This document shows positions 31,275 to 41,275 of a stretch of DNA of 64,000 nucleotides, piece by piece (the stretch's first letter is position 1; every line of letters begins with the position of its first letter). The DNA comes from Bdellovibrionota bacterium. Its GTDB lineage: Bacteria > Bdellovibrionota_C > UBA2361 > JBIKWN01. The notes beneath the pieces are model-generated. The model worked only from the letters and a program-made list of their open reading frames with translations. It did no database searches and was not told the origin of the DNA. Both the position numbers and the translations under genes were made by a program. Location: positions 32,001-96,000 of the forward strand of contig JBIKWN010000003.1 in NCBI GenBank assembly GCA_044356295.1, in the 5' to 3' direction.

Positions 31275-33012
31275 TGAGTTCCTGGCACCTATTCTTTGCC
31301 AAAGCAGATTCTGAGTCTTTTGATTCTAGTTGAATTGCTTTCTTACAGTACTCGATTGCAGCAGGACGATTTTCGAGTGCGATCATTATCTGAGCTGCAT
31401 GCTCTAAAATAACAATATCTTCAGGAGTATATTTTAACGCTTTTAAAATATTTTCTTTTGCTGACTTGTAATCTAAAAGCTTAAAATCAATCCAGGCTAT
31501 AGTATCAAGAACATAGCCATCTTTTGTTTTAATCTTTAGAGCTGCATTTGCATGCTCCTTTGCTTCTAGTAGAACGACTGGATCTGATGAAGACTGACAA
31601 AGTTCATATGCAAGAAAATTAAGGGCGTCAGCATTGGAGCTGTTTAAAGTAATTGCCTGTCTTAAAACCTCAATTGCGGTTTGATGATCATTTAAGTCAT
31701 GGAGAAGCACCGCATAATCAAAGAGAAGTCTATCGTTCGGTTCTTGCTTCTGAAACAGCTCTTCCAGAACTACTCTTGCTTCCTGTTTTTGGTTATTTTC
31801 ACGGTAAAGAGACGCTACATAGAGTTCCAACTGGGGATTAAAACCTTTCTCATTTCGTAGCTCATTAATAACTTCAATTGCTTTATCTAGTTTTTGAGAA
31901 TTTCTGTAAGAAGTAGCTATAAAAACCTGGGCTTTCTCGTATTGAGGTTGATCAGGTTGAATTCTCTCAACGACTGTAATTGCTTGATCAAGCTTTCCCA
32001 TCGCTTGGTATGCACTTGCAAGTGTCAGGATCACCTCTGCATCATCAGGATACTTGGAAAGAACAAGGTTTAGCTTTTCAATGGCACCAGAATAGTTTTT
32101 CTTGGAAAGCTCAATAAGTGCTGATCCAATTTGTGCCTGGGTAGGATCTGAATCAGTATTTTCTACGATTGAGAGTTGATTGAGAGCATCATCAAGTCGA
32201 TTCTCACCCACCAGAAGTTGCGCAAGGACTCTTCGTGCTAACGAATTATCAGGAGTTTTTTTAATAATTTTCTCGCAAAGATTTTTTGCTTCACTGAATT
32301 TTTTTTGTTTTAAAAGTATACGCACTAATTCAAGACCAACCTCTGCTGATTCTTTACTCATTTGAAAGGCAGTCAACGCCTTCTGAGAGGCCTTAATTAA
32401 ATTTCCTTGTTCTTCAAACGCACGGGCACTAAAAAGATACAGTGGTATCGCATCAGGACTCTTCTTGATTGCTTCATCAAGTAAATCATTTCCTTTTTTG
32501 AAATTTTTCTCTTTAAATTCTATCGCTGCCTGCATTAAAAGTGGCTCAATCGCTTCTTTGTTCGCAAGAGAAGCTTTTTCGTAATAATTTTTCGCTTCTG
32601 ATGAACGATTTAATGCTTCAAGGATACCTGCATGGAGTGTTAATACATCTCCATCTTCAGGAGATTCTAAAACTGCTTTACTACTTTGCTTTAATGCTTT
32701 TTCTAAATTTCCAGAGCGAAGCTCTAACGTAGCCAACCTCTTAGAAATTTCCGAGGATGGAGTCGATGCTAGTTCATTTGCCCGATTTAAATTTTCGATG
32801 GCTTTAGGAAGATTGTCTTTTTTACTTTCAAGCTCTCCGATAATAAAGCTATGAAAACTTTGAGAGCTTCTCTGTACTTCGGTATCCAAGGATCGGCGGT
32901 TTTGCGTCAAATCCACGATTTCAGGAATTACGCCTTTATTCTTTCCAGAACAACCCAAGAGACAAACAATAAAAGTAAGATATATTCGAAAATAGTTGAT
33001 TTCTTTCAACAT
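31267..33012 (-). CDS. Tetratricopeptide repeat lipoprotein
   Basis: Lipobox LLGC; many TPR helices; ALNFLAY and GYVLDTIAW motifs. Confidence 0.88.
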   Translation of the reverse strand: MLKEINYFRIYLTFIVCLLGCSGKNKGVIPEIVDLTQNRRSLDTEVQRSSQSFHSFIIGELESKKDNLPKAIENLNRANELASTPSSEISKRLATLELRSGNLEKALKQSSKAVLESPEDGDVLTLHAGILEALNRSSEAKNYYEKASLANKEAIEPLLMQAAIEFKEKNFKKGNDLLDEAIKKSPDAIPLYLFSARAFEEQGNLIKASQKALTAFQMSKESAEVGLELVRILLKQKKFSEAKNLCEKIIKKTPDNSLARRVLAQLLVGENRLDDALNQLSIVENTDSDPTQAQIGSALIELSKKNYSGAIEKLNLVLSKYPDDAEVILTLASAYQAMGKLDQAITVVERIQPDQPQYEKAQVFIATSYRNSQKLDKAIEVINELRNEKGFNPQLELYVASLYRENNQKQEARVVLEELFQKQEPNDRLLFDYAVLLHDLNDHQTAIEVLRQAITLNSSNADALNFLAYELCQSSSDPVVLLEAKEHANAALKIKTKDGYVLDTIAWIDFKLLDYKSAKENILKALKYTPEDIVILEHAAQIMIALENRPAAIEYCKKAIQLESKDSESALAKNRCQELND

Positions 33013-33116
33013 AAGTCGCCTAGTTTACCCTTTTCTAGGATTCGAATATACCTAAAATATCTGTTATACTCGATATGGATTTTTTAAGTATTTTCTCTAA
33101 ATAAGGATAATTCACA

Positions 33117-33998
33117 ATGAACAGTAAAGTTGGGGATCTTAAAGTTGGACTCTCTGAGATGCTTTGTAACGGTGTCATTATGGATGTCGTAAACGTCGAG
33201 CAAGCTAAAGTTGCTGAAGATTCCGGTGCAATCGCTGTAATGGCACTTGAAAGAGTTCCTTTTGATATTCGTCGAGACGGCGGAGTCGCTCGAATGAGTG
33301 ATCCCCAAATGATTGAAGGAATTAAAGCGTCCGTCAGTATTCCAGTGATGGCAAAGGTTCGTATCGGCCACCTTGCTGAAGCGCAAATCCTAGAAGAGAT
33401 TGGTATTGATTTTATCGATGAATCAGAAGTTCTTACTCCGGCTGATCCAACTCACCATATCAATAAATTTGATTTTAAAACTCCCTTCGTATGTGGTGCA
33501 TGTAATCTTGGTGAAGCTCTTCGACGTGTTGCTGAGGGGGCTGCTCTTATTAGAACCAAAGGTGAACCAGGTACGGGAAATGTGATTGAAGCCGTTAGAC
33601 ACATGAAACAAATTACTCATGAAATAAATGCTCTCTCTCAGATGTCAGAAGCAGAACTTCAAGAAAAAGCTCGTGAATTTAGAGTCACCCTTGATTTAGT
33701 TAATTGGGTAAAAGCGAATAAAAAAATTCCAGTTCCTAATTTTGCAGCTGGTGGAATTGCAACTCCTGCAGATGCTGCTCTTCTTCGCCAACTTGGTGCT
33801 GAAACTGTTTTTGTTGGTTCTGGAATTTTTAAATCTGAGAATCCTGCACGACTTGCAAAAGCAATTGTTGAAGCCACCTGTAATTACAACGATCCTAAAA
33901 AACTTCTCGAAGTTTCAAGAGGGCTCGGAAAAGCAATGTTTGGTCTTGAAATGAGAACAATTCCAGAAGATCAAAAACTTGCAAATCGCGGTTGGTAA
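33117..33998 (+). CDS. pdxS: Pyridoxal 5'-phosphate synthase lyase subunit
   Basis: [62 protein letters not shown]. Confidence 0.98.
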   Translation: MNSKVGDLKVGLSEMLCNGVIMDVVNVEQAKVAEDSGAIAVMALERVPFDIRRDGGVARMSDPQMIEGIKASVSIPVMAKVRIGHLAEAQILEEIGIDFIDESEVLTPADPTHHINKFDFKTPFVCGACNLGEALRRVAEGAALIRTKGEPGTGNVIEAVRHMKQITHEINALSQMSEAELQEKAREFRVTLDLVNWVKANKKIPVPNFAAGGIATPADAALLRQLGAETVFVGSGIFKSENPARLAKAIVEATCNYNDPKKLLEVSRGLGKAMFGLEMRTIPEDQKLANRGW

Positions 33999-34011
33999 TC
34001 TAAGGAATACA

Positions 34012-34581
34012 ATGAAGGTCGGTGTCCTAGCACTTCAGGGAGCTATTACTCCTCACATTCAAAAAATTACGGCTCTGGGGCACGAAGCAATACGTGTTAC
34101 TAATCAAGAGCTACTGCAAAAATGTGATGCACTAATCCTTCCAGGAGGAGAAAGCTCAACGATGCTAAAGCTTATTGATTCAAATAAGCTTTTTGAACCA
34201 CTAAAAATTTTCTTTGAGACAAAACCTGTGTGGGGAACCTGCGCTGGTGCGATTCTTCTTGCCTCTGAGGTTACTCATCCAGTTCAGAAATGTTTTGCAG
34301 CTATTGATATTAAAGCTGAAAGAAATGCATATGGTTCGCAGCTTGATTCGTTTAGCACCGATATTATATTCCCTCCCCTCAATAAGAATATTTCAGTGGA
34401 TTTTATTCGGGCTCCAAAAATTACACCTCTCAATAGTGAGGTTGAAGTTATTTCGGAATTGAGCGGCTATCCAGTCTGTTGCAAACAGAAAAATATTCTC
34501 GTTACAACATTTCATACTGAGCTTGGTGCGTCAGATGATTTTCATCGATGGTTAATTAATAGCTACTTCCAGAGCTTTTGA
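34012..34581 (+). CDS. pdxT: Pyridoxal 5'-phosphate synthase glutaminase subunit
   Basis: VGVLALQG, LPGGESS, GTCAG, RNAYGSQLDSF, FIRAP, FHTE. Confidence 0.96.
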   Translation: MKVGVLALQGAITPHIQKITALGHEAIRVTNQELLQKCDALILPGGESSTMLKLIDSNKLFEPLKIFFETKPVWGTCAGAILLASEVTHPVQKCFAAIDIKAERNAYGSQLDSFSTDIIFPPLNKNISVDFIRAPKITPLNSEVEVISELSGYPVCCKQKNILVTTFHTELGASDDFHRWLINSYFQSF

Positions 34582-35978
34582 TAATCTGCGCTTTTTGAAA
34601 AAGGCGGACATTCTGGCGCATGTACCTTAACAAGTCTTGGAGCATCAAAATCAACACCAAGAAGAAGCATCTCACCGGACCTAAGTTGCGGCACGAGTCC
34701 TATCATATCGCGACTCATCGCTCCTGCGGCCTTCTCAACAATTTCGATATCATAATGATTTATCAATCGGTGAACTAAAACTGATCCCATTTGGCTAAGG
34801 ATATCTTCCGGAATATCCCGAGGACGCTGAGTTGCAAGACATAAACTTAGTCCGTATTTCCTTCCTTCTTTCGCGATAAGACCAAAAGAGTTTATAGAAG
34901 CACCTTCTTTAAGCTGCTCTTCAAATTTCTGATTTAAAAATTGGTGCGCTTCGTCTACAAAAACTACTACTGGCAGATGACGAAATACTTCTTCACGGGC
35001 TAATTCTAAAAGATGTCTGGCTAAAGCATTTGCAAGAATCTCTCGAGCACTATAATCGAAAGGAACATACTTTAAAGAAACTCTAAGGATTCTCGACACT
35101 GGATCCTTTAAGAAAGTGTGAATTTCATCAAATAACGAAGGAAGCTCTTCAGTTTGAAAGATACATGCAAGTTGAGGAAGTGAAATAATATCAGAGATTC
35201 TACTTACCAATGAATTGCACTGAGCTAATTCAAGAGGATTAACACCACCCCAAATAAGTGGCTCTACTGCACTCCTAAATGGATCAACACACTCATGTTG
35301 TACTTGTCGAACTAGATCGCTAATTTCAAAAAGAGCATAAGGACTTTCGAGCTCACTGTTATAAATCGAGCACTGCTCTTCATATTCAGTTTTTAACCGA
35401 TGCGCCTTCATGATGGTTCCATCAACTGTAAGTTGAGGAGCAAGGCGAGCAAGCTTTAAACTTTTCATTGCTGCACGAAGTTTTGGTCCTTGACTTGATC
35501 CAGATGGTTGAAAGATCGTTACAAGGTCGCTTTCACGAAGATGGAAATAAGGAACGCTTACTGCCATCGATCCTTCGGCAGGCTCAGGATCGTTTCCAAC
35601 GTATACATGTCTGACTCCGTGGGATAAGGTGAAAAATTCACCTGTTGCATCTAGTAGAATTACTTTTGATCTTACTTTTGCACACTCTTCGAGCATCCTT
35701 GCGACTGTCCAACTTTTTCCTCCTCCAGTTGCTCCAATCACAGCGCAGTGTCTTCCGAAAAGTTGTTCAGGTGACGCGTCTATTGGAATAGATGGATCAC
35801 TCTTTAATGTTCCAATTGAAAAAGTCATTGCTGGTTTTGGCGTAGCAGGTTTAGGAACCTCTTGTTGAGGTTTTGTTGATACCGGATGAGAAGTAACACC
35901 CCCTGCTCGAATTACAGTAGCGGCGGCTTTGGGTTTAATTCCGTGAAATCCGTATTGGGGTTTTGTTTCATCATTCAT
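34563..35978 (-). CDS. HerA/DUF87-family ATPase lacking the N-terminal HAS barrel
   Basis: RHCAVIGATGGGKS, VFVDEAH, IAKEGRKYGL, ATQRP, HRL. N-terminus is a short Pro-rich segment. Confidence 0.85.
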   Translation of the reverse strand: MNDETKPQYGFHGIKPKAAATVIRAGGVTSHPVSTKPQQEVPKPATPKPAMTFSIGTLKSDPSIPIDASPEQLFGRHCAVIGATGGGKSWTVARMLEECAKVRSKVILLDATGEFFTLSHGVRHVYVGNDPEPAEGSMAVSVPYFHLRESDLVTIFQPSGSSQGPKLRAAMKSLKLARLAPQLTVDGTIMKAHRLKTEYEEQCSIYNSELESPYALFEISDLVRQVQHECVDPFRSAVEPLIWGGVNPLELAQCNSLVSRISDIISLPQLACIFQTEELPSLFDEIHTFLKDPVSRILRVSLKYVPFDYSAREILANALARHLLELAREEVFRHLPVVVFVDEAHQFLNQKFEEQLKEGASINSFGLIAKEGRKYGLSLCLATQRPRDIPEDILSQMGSVLVHRLINHYDIEIVEKAAGAMSRDMIGLVPQLRSGEMLLLGVDFDAPRLVKVHAPECPPFSKSADYQKLWK

Positions 35979-36234
35979 AAGTGGTTAACCTGTGTTAGAT
36001 GAACAAAATTTCGTAAAAGATTCAAGGATTTAGTGTCGAAATGGCAGGTCTGGATAGGAAAAGCTTGTTGGGATGCCTATGTGTTTGATTTCATCCCTAA
36101 AACATATGCCTGGAACCATTGCATAGGTCATTTGCTATGTAACTACCTGAAATAAATAGCGGTACTCTTTGCGAATTATAGAACCAATTTCTCTCAATAG
36201 TTCGATTGATCTTGAACCATTAGGAGTAGAAAAC

Positions 36235-36690
36235 ATGTTTGCAGATAAAACGGTTAAACAGGAGCAGAAGCTACAAAAATGGCATGGTGGTATCGTTGGA
36301 CCGCGCGACCCTTTCACTATGAATGAATTAAAAGAAATGTCTCAGATCGGGCCTTCTTTGGTAAAGCAAATAGCTCACCTTGTTAAAGATGGCTCTAAGT
36401 CAATTCAACTAGGAGATGGAAAAGCTACAATTAGTTCCCAGGTAGAAGATGGAAAGCGCCTTTATCATCTTAGGTTTCCTGTCACTGGTTCAGACCATAT
36501 AAAGGGACATTTTAATATTAAATTTGATATGGATGGATACATTTCATCTGCGAGAAAATTTAGTCACGATACTCGTATAAAGCTCAGTCCAAAAGAAATA
36601 CAATTGGACGAAATTATAGAAGTCTCAGTACGAGAAGCTTTGCAGTTAACCAAGCATATGCTTGGAACTTTTCAGAAAGCGAAAAAATAA
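36235..36690 (+). CDS. Hypothetical protein
   Basis: ATG 36235 with SD AGGAG; 151 aa; no family recognised. Confidence 0.65.
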   Translation: MFADKTVKQEQKLQKWHGGIVGPRDPFTMNELKEMSQIGPSLVKQIAHLVKDGSKSIQLGDGKATISSQVEDGKRLYHLRFPVTGSDHIKGHFNIKFDMDGYISSARKFSHDTRIKLSPKEIQLDEIIEVSVREALQLTKHMLGTFQKAKK

Positions 36691-36703
36691 ATGGGAAATT
36701 TAC

Positions 36704-36895
36704 TCAGCTTGCTGCCTGAGCACGAACTTGAGTTTTAAACTGTTCAAGATCCCATTTTCCTACAGCTTCACAAACACTATCGTCTCCGTTTTGGATCTCT
36801 TGTTTTAATTCGATAAGACGAAGATCTTTCAACTCGTCACGCTCTTTTAAGAGGCGAAGAGAGAAAAAGCCATTAAATTTATAATAGATCTTCAA
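36704..36895 (-). pseudogene. C-terminal remnant of a ParD (CC2985-like) antitoxin
   Basis: LRLLKERDE...ELKQEIQNGDDS...WDLEQFK resembles the ParD C-terminal half; the RHH N-terminus is missing. Confidence 0.55.
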
Positions 36896-37190
36896 GGATC
36901 ATAGGAAGATCGCGTGATCCATGGATTACATCGAGCACCTCAATTCCATCCTCAACAGGCCTATAGAAAATAAGATATTTTTCAAAATCGGAAACTCTCC
37001 AAATGCGCACACCTGTTAGTCTTCGACTAAGAGATCGCAAAGGTCGCCCCATTTCAGGATTTTTCTCAAGTAAGGCAAATGAGCTTTCGACCGACTCAAC
37101 AAAACGAAGAGCAACTTCTGGATTTTCCTCTATGATCCAATCAGTTTGCTCGTTAATAGAAAGAACTGCCTTACGGCGCTTAAGAATCAT
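36879..37190 (-). CDS. parE: Type II toxin, RelE/ParE family
   Basis: NPEVALRF, NPEMGR, YLIFYRP, IEVLDVIHGSRDL. Confidence 0.9.
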   Translation of the reverse strand: MILKRRKAVLSINEQTDWIIEENPEVALRFVESVESSFALLEKNPEMGRPLRSLSRRLTGVRIWRVSDFEKYLIFYRPVEDGIEVLDVIHGSRDLPMILEDLL

Positions 37191-37465
37191 TTACTCTTTT
37201 TCGCACGGGCAGCAATTTTTGTCTTTACGGCAGTTTTGATTTCATCCCAATCCGCTGAGGTCATTGGTGTTGCTTCGCCGCTATCAAGAGAAGCGAGAAG
37301 TCTCCGTTCCAATTCTTCTTGAGCTTGTCGTTTTTGATCTTCTCGAATTAAGGCACGAATAAGATCACTAATACTGCCAAAGCCATCAACCTTCACGCGA
37401 GACTCGAGATAAGACCGCATTGGCGTAGGAAGAGAGATGTTGATTGTGGTGAGTTCTTTTTCCAT
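37187..37465 (-). CDS. parD: Type II antitoxin, ParD family (ribbon-helix-helix)
   Basis: INISLP, GFGSISDLIRALIRED, LLASLDSG..TPMT..DW; ATGA overlap with the toxin. Confidence 0.9.
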   Translation of the reverse strand: MEKELTTINISLPTPMRSYLESRVKVDGFGSISDLIRALIREDQKRQAQEELERRLLASLDSGEATPMTSADWDEIKTAVKTKIAARAKKSK

Positions 37466-37471
37466 AATTGT

Positions 37472-37501
37472 AAGATACCATAAAATGAGATTTTATGTCA
37501 A
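37472..37501 (-). promoter_or_regulatory. parDE promoter with palindromic operator
   Basis: Minus strand TTGACA-N18-TATCTT, 6 nt before ATG; CATAAAAT-gag-ATTTTATG palindrome (37479-37497) lies mostly in the spacer. Confidence 0.7.
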
Positions 37502-37802
37502 TTTATATCATTTATGCCATGGCCAAAAACACTAGGTTTCGGCCAGTGACGTTTCACCCCTACTTTTCAGTGTTTTTACGCTCTTAATTATATGGGGCTT
37601 TTGGCCATACTATAATTTTGCTTCTATACAGATAAATAAAAGGAGCTCTTTCTAACAACTTTACACTTTGAATGAATATGTTTGGCGATGGCTCAGGTTT
37701 TGAATTTTCTTGCTATTTTTGTTTAAGTTTCATGTTCTAAAACTCTCTATCTAGCAGTTATGTTTCGCACGAATCTATCGATAAATTTTATTAGCCTGAG
37801 TT

Positions 37803-38726
37803 TTAATAGTTATCCTCAAGTCCTTTCTGAGGTCGTGTCTTCCACCTTCGATGCATCCAAAACCACCCTTCAGGAAAACCGAGAATATGTTTCTCAAAAG
37901 CTGCTGAAGCTCTTTTGGTAACTTCAAGAATTTTATCATCTTTACTGAGTGATTCATCACGGTAAATTTCTGAACATTCAACGTGACTCGTAATCAGTTC
38001 ATACTTATTTATGTCATGGTTATATTTCAACGAAATTGCAAGGACATGTGCTTCACTTTTAACTGCAGCTAATCCAAGTGTAAAAGTAGTAGCAGCAAGG
38101 GTGCCAAACCAAGGAACAAAAAGTGCATAATTACTTTTTACATTTTGATCAAAAAGTAGTGCGCAGTCTTTTCCATCAGATAAGAGTTGCAGCATTTTCT
38201 GTACAGCACCTTTTCTGGGAATAATTTTATTGCCATTATGTTCGCGCTTTCTGGTCCACCATTCATCAAGATAAGGAAGTTCGAAATTTCTTACTATAAA
38301 ATTTACGGGGTACCCTTTTAAAGCAACTACATGGGCCATAAGCTCAAAACTTCCTAGATGACCAGCAGCATATAGTATCGGTCTATGAGGAGTTTCTGAA
38401 CGTAGCTTTTTAAACAAGCCTTCATCAATAGTAACATTTTCATCAACCCACTTTTTATCAAGATCAGTGAGTCGACCAAAATCAATGATAAGTCTTGCAA
38501 TTTCTCGGATACTTTTAAAATAGGTCTCTTGATGGAATGATTTAGATTCGTTTGGGTATACTCTTTCTAGGTTTTTTAAAGAAACTTCTTTATAACTTGG
38601 AATAAAGAAGATTCCAGCGCGAAGAATAGCTTCAACGATGTCGATTCGCCCCTTTACGGGAAAGAAGTTAAGAAGAGCAAATAGCCCTCTAATAAACCAC
38701 AATGAAATAAGATCGACAAAAATCAA
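37803..38726 (-). CDS. Lipid A biosynthesis acyltransferase (LpxL/HtrB family)
   Basis: GHLGSFE, LLFDQ, FVPWFG, WFWMHRRWKT. Confidence 0.9.
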   Translation of the reverse strand: MIFVDLISLWFIRGLFALLNFFPVKGRIDIVEAILRAGIFFIPSYKEVSLKNLERVYPNESKSFHQETYFKSIREIARLIIDFGRLTDLDKKWVDENVTIDEGLFKKLRSETPHRPILYAAGHLGSFELMAHVVALKGYPVNFIVRNFELPYLDEWWTRKREHNGNKIIPRKGAVQKMLQLLSDGKDCALLFDQNVKSNYALFVPWFGTLAATTFTLGLAAVKSEAHVLAISLKYNHDINKYELITSHVECSEIYRDESLSKDDKILEVTKRASAAFEKHILGFPEGWFWMHRRWKTRPQKGLEDNY

Positions 38727-38791
38727 AAGAAATTCCCTCTAAACCAGCCCCCTATCCTACTCGCTCTGAGGATTCTGTTCTATACTCTGGT

Positions 38792-39334
38792 ATGCAAATT
38801 TTTCGTTCTTTTTTATCGCTCCTCATAGCAAGTTTTATCTCTTGTACGTTTGTTTATGCTGAAACGTTCAAAGGAACGGTAACCAGAATCATAGACGGTG
38901 ATACCATTCGTGTTACTGTTAAAAAAAGCAATATAAAGGTACGCCTGATAGGAATTGATGCACTAGAAAAAATCGATAATCCAAAAGCTCAAAAAGACTC
39001 CCTGCGTCTTAATCAAACTCAAGAATTTGCAAAAAAAGGAGGTTTTGAGGCTCGAAACTACCTATCAACATTAATTGCCCCAGGCGACACTATAACCCTT
39101 GAGACCGACAGATCCAGATATGATCAATACGGCAGAACTCTTGCCTATATTTTTGATTCGGAAGGAACGTTTATAAATAAAAAATTAATCCTTGATGGAT
39201 ATGCTGGTCTTTTAATTTATGCCCCTAATGATTCAAGAGCAAGAGAGCTAAGCGATGCATTTGATGATTCAAAAAATAACAAGCGAGGACTTTGGAATGA
39301 GGGCTTTAATCTTACATATAGATGGAAGAGATAA
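38792..39334 (+). CDS. Secreted thermonuclease (SNase family)
   Basis: Signal peptide; IIDGDT, VRLIGIDALE, DQYGRTLAY, RGLW. Confidence 0.92.
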   Translation: MQIFRSFLSLLIASFISCTFVYAETFKGTVTRIIDGDTIRVTVKKSNIKVRLIGIDALEKIDNPKAQKDSLRLNQTQEFAKKGGFEARNYLSTLIAPGDTITLETDRSRYDQYGRTLAYIFDSEGTFINKKLILDGYAGLLIYAPNDSRARELSDAFDDSKNNKRGLWNEGFNLTYRWKR

Positions 39335-39337
39335 ACT

Positions 39338-41269
39338 ATGAGTTGTCATGCCTGCGATAGCGAAACGGACTGTGTCACTGATAGATCGTCACACGATCTG
39401 CGAAGATTTTTATTTTGCGCATTCTTCACAGTCCCCCTGCTCCTTCATATGGTTTTGCCTTTCCATCTTCTTCATAACCATTGGTTTCAGTTAGCACTTT
39501 CGTTTCCAGTCGTCTTAGTAGGCGCCGTTTACTTTGCACCAAGTGCAATAAAGTCCTTATCTCGATTTTATCCAAATATGGACGTACTAATTGTTATTGG
39601 ATTTTTAAGTGCGTTTTTTTATAGCTTAGCCGGTATTTATCTTGGTCGCCCAAAAGAATTTTTATTTTTTGAAACTGCAGCTTCTATTGTTTGTTATACC
39701 CTTTTAGGAAATCTTCTTGAGCACCGCTCAGATGCTAAAACAAACGCAAGTATCTCTGAGCTACTTTTACTTCAACCAAAAAAAGCTAAAAAAGTTTCTG
39801 GCACAGGTTCATTAAAAACTTTTTTTGAGTGCGATATTACTGATGTAAAAGTACACGATCGTCTTTATGTTGGAACAGGAGACACCATTCCATGCGATGC
39901 AATAGTTGATTCCGGAGATCTGCTCGTCAATGAAGCTATTATTACGGGCGAATCACTTCCCCTTGAAAAATCAAAGAATGATACCGTGCTCTCAGGTACT
40001 GTTGTTGAACAGGGAAACGCTGAGATACTCGTTACTGCAGATAGTAGTAGTTCAATGCTCTCAGAGATCATAAGAACTGTTTCAAAAGCTAAAGATGCTA
40101 AGCCTGCAATTCAAAGAATTGGTGATACCGTAAGTGCTATTTTTGTTCCGACGGTACTTTTAATTGCAACAGCTGCGTTTTTATACTCACTCTTCGGCGC
40201 TGGAAACGATCTTACAGAATCTATATTAAGAGGAATCGCTGTACTCGTTGTAGCCTGTCCTTGTGCAATGGGACTTGCAACCCCTACAGCAGTTACAGTT
40301 GCAATTGGGCGAGCTGCACGTTCAGGTTTACTGATTAAAGGAGGTGATATTCTAGAAAGAGTTGCTTCTATTACTCATTTTATATTTGATAAAACTGGCA
40401 CAATTACTACTGGCTCATTTGAAATTGAAAAAATAGTCCTCTCTGAACAAGCTACTGAAGAAGAAAAGTCACAGGTAGGATCTATTATTCGCTCACTTGA
40501 GCAGTTTTCAACTCATCCTATAGCAACGTCTCTTTCTCGCATCTATCAAAACGAACCAATCATTGACTTTGATCGTGTTGATGAAAAAAAAGGTTTGGGT
40601 ATAGAAGGAGTAACAAAAAGCGGAATACAATACAGTTTAGGTTCCCAAAAAATGTTTTCTCACCTTAAAGATATTCCGTTAGGTGATGTCATTATCACCA
40701 AGAATAAAATTTTTCTTGCTGCTCTTTATATCAAAGATCAAATTCACCCTTCTGCTTCAGATGTTTTAAATACACTTCACAATGAAAAGTATTTACTGAC
40801 ACTTTTAAGTGGTGATAGAAAAGAAAAATGTGATGCTTTAGAAAAGACACTTCCTTTTGATGTTATCTTGAGTGAAAAGCAGCCATCCGAAAAACTTCAA
40901 GAGATTACTGCATTACAGAAAAATTCACTCGTAGGGTATGTTGGAGATGGAGTTAATGATGCTCCAAGTTTAACCGCTGCAAGCGTTGGTGTCTCTTTTG
41001 GTGAAGCAACAGGAGCTGCAATCGCATCTGCTTCAGTTGTTATTCTTTCTCATGATTTAACAAAAGTTTTAGAACTTGTTCACTTATCTAAACGAACAGT
41101 ACTTACAATCAAGCAAAATCTTTTTTGGGCTTTTTTCTATAATATTTTAATGATTCCTCTCGCGGCATTTGGATTTCTTGCACCAAGCTTTGCAGCACTA
41201 GCAATGGCACTATCTGATGTGTTTGTTATCGGAAACTCTTTGCGCCTTCGAACAATACGTTTAAAGTAA
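39338..41269 (+). CDS. Heavy-metal P1B-type ATPase, Cu(I)-type (CopA-like)
   Basis: TGES, ACPCAMGLATP, DKTGT, HP, GDGVNDAP, YN and MALS Cu+ motifs; short Cys/His N-terminus instead of a full HMA domain. Confidence 0.92.
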   Translation: MSCHACDSETDCVTDRSSHDLRRFLFCAFFTVPLLLHMVLPFHLLHNHWFQLALSFPVVLVGAVYFAPSAIKSLSRFYPNMDVLIVIGFLSAFFYSLAGIYLGRPKEFLFFETAASIVCYTLLGNLLEHRSDAKTNASISELLLLQPKKAKKVSGTGSLKTFFECDITDVKVHDRLYVGTGDTIPCDAIVDSGDLLVNEAIITGESLPLEKSKNDTVLSGTVVEQGNAEILVTADSSSSMLSEIIRTVSKAKDAKPAIQRIGDTVSAIFVPTVLLIATAAFLYSLFGAGNDLTESILRGIAVLVVACPCAMGLATPTAVTVAIGRAARSGLLIKGGDILERVASITHFIFDKTGTITTGSFEIEKIVLSEQATEEEKSQVGSIIRSLEQFSTHPIATSLSRIYQNEPIIDFDRVDEKKGLGIEGVTKSGIQYSLGSQKMFSHLKDIPLGDVIITKNKIFLAALYIKDQIHPSASDVLNTLHNEKYLLTLLSGDRKEKCDALEKTLPFDVILSEKQPSEKLQEITALQKNSLVGYVGDGVNDAPSLTAASVGVSFGEATGAAIASASVVILSHDLTKVLELVHLSKRTVLTIKQNLFWAFFYNILMIPLAAFGFLAPSFAALAMALSDVFVIGNSLRLRTIRLK

Positions 41270-41275
41270 GTATCT

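Noticed and set aside
37652..37762. Possible integron attC site (CTAAC...GTTATG) next to parDE
   Set aside because: No convincing L-box complementarity, no second copy and no integrase in the window.
34563..37800. Prophage or integrative element
   Set aside because: No integrase, transposase, phage genes, tRNA or flanking direct repeats found.
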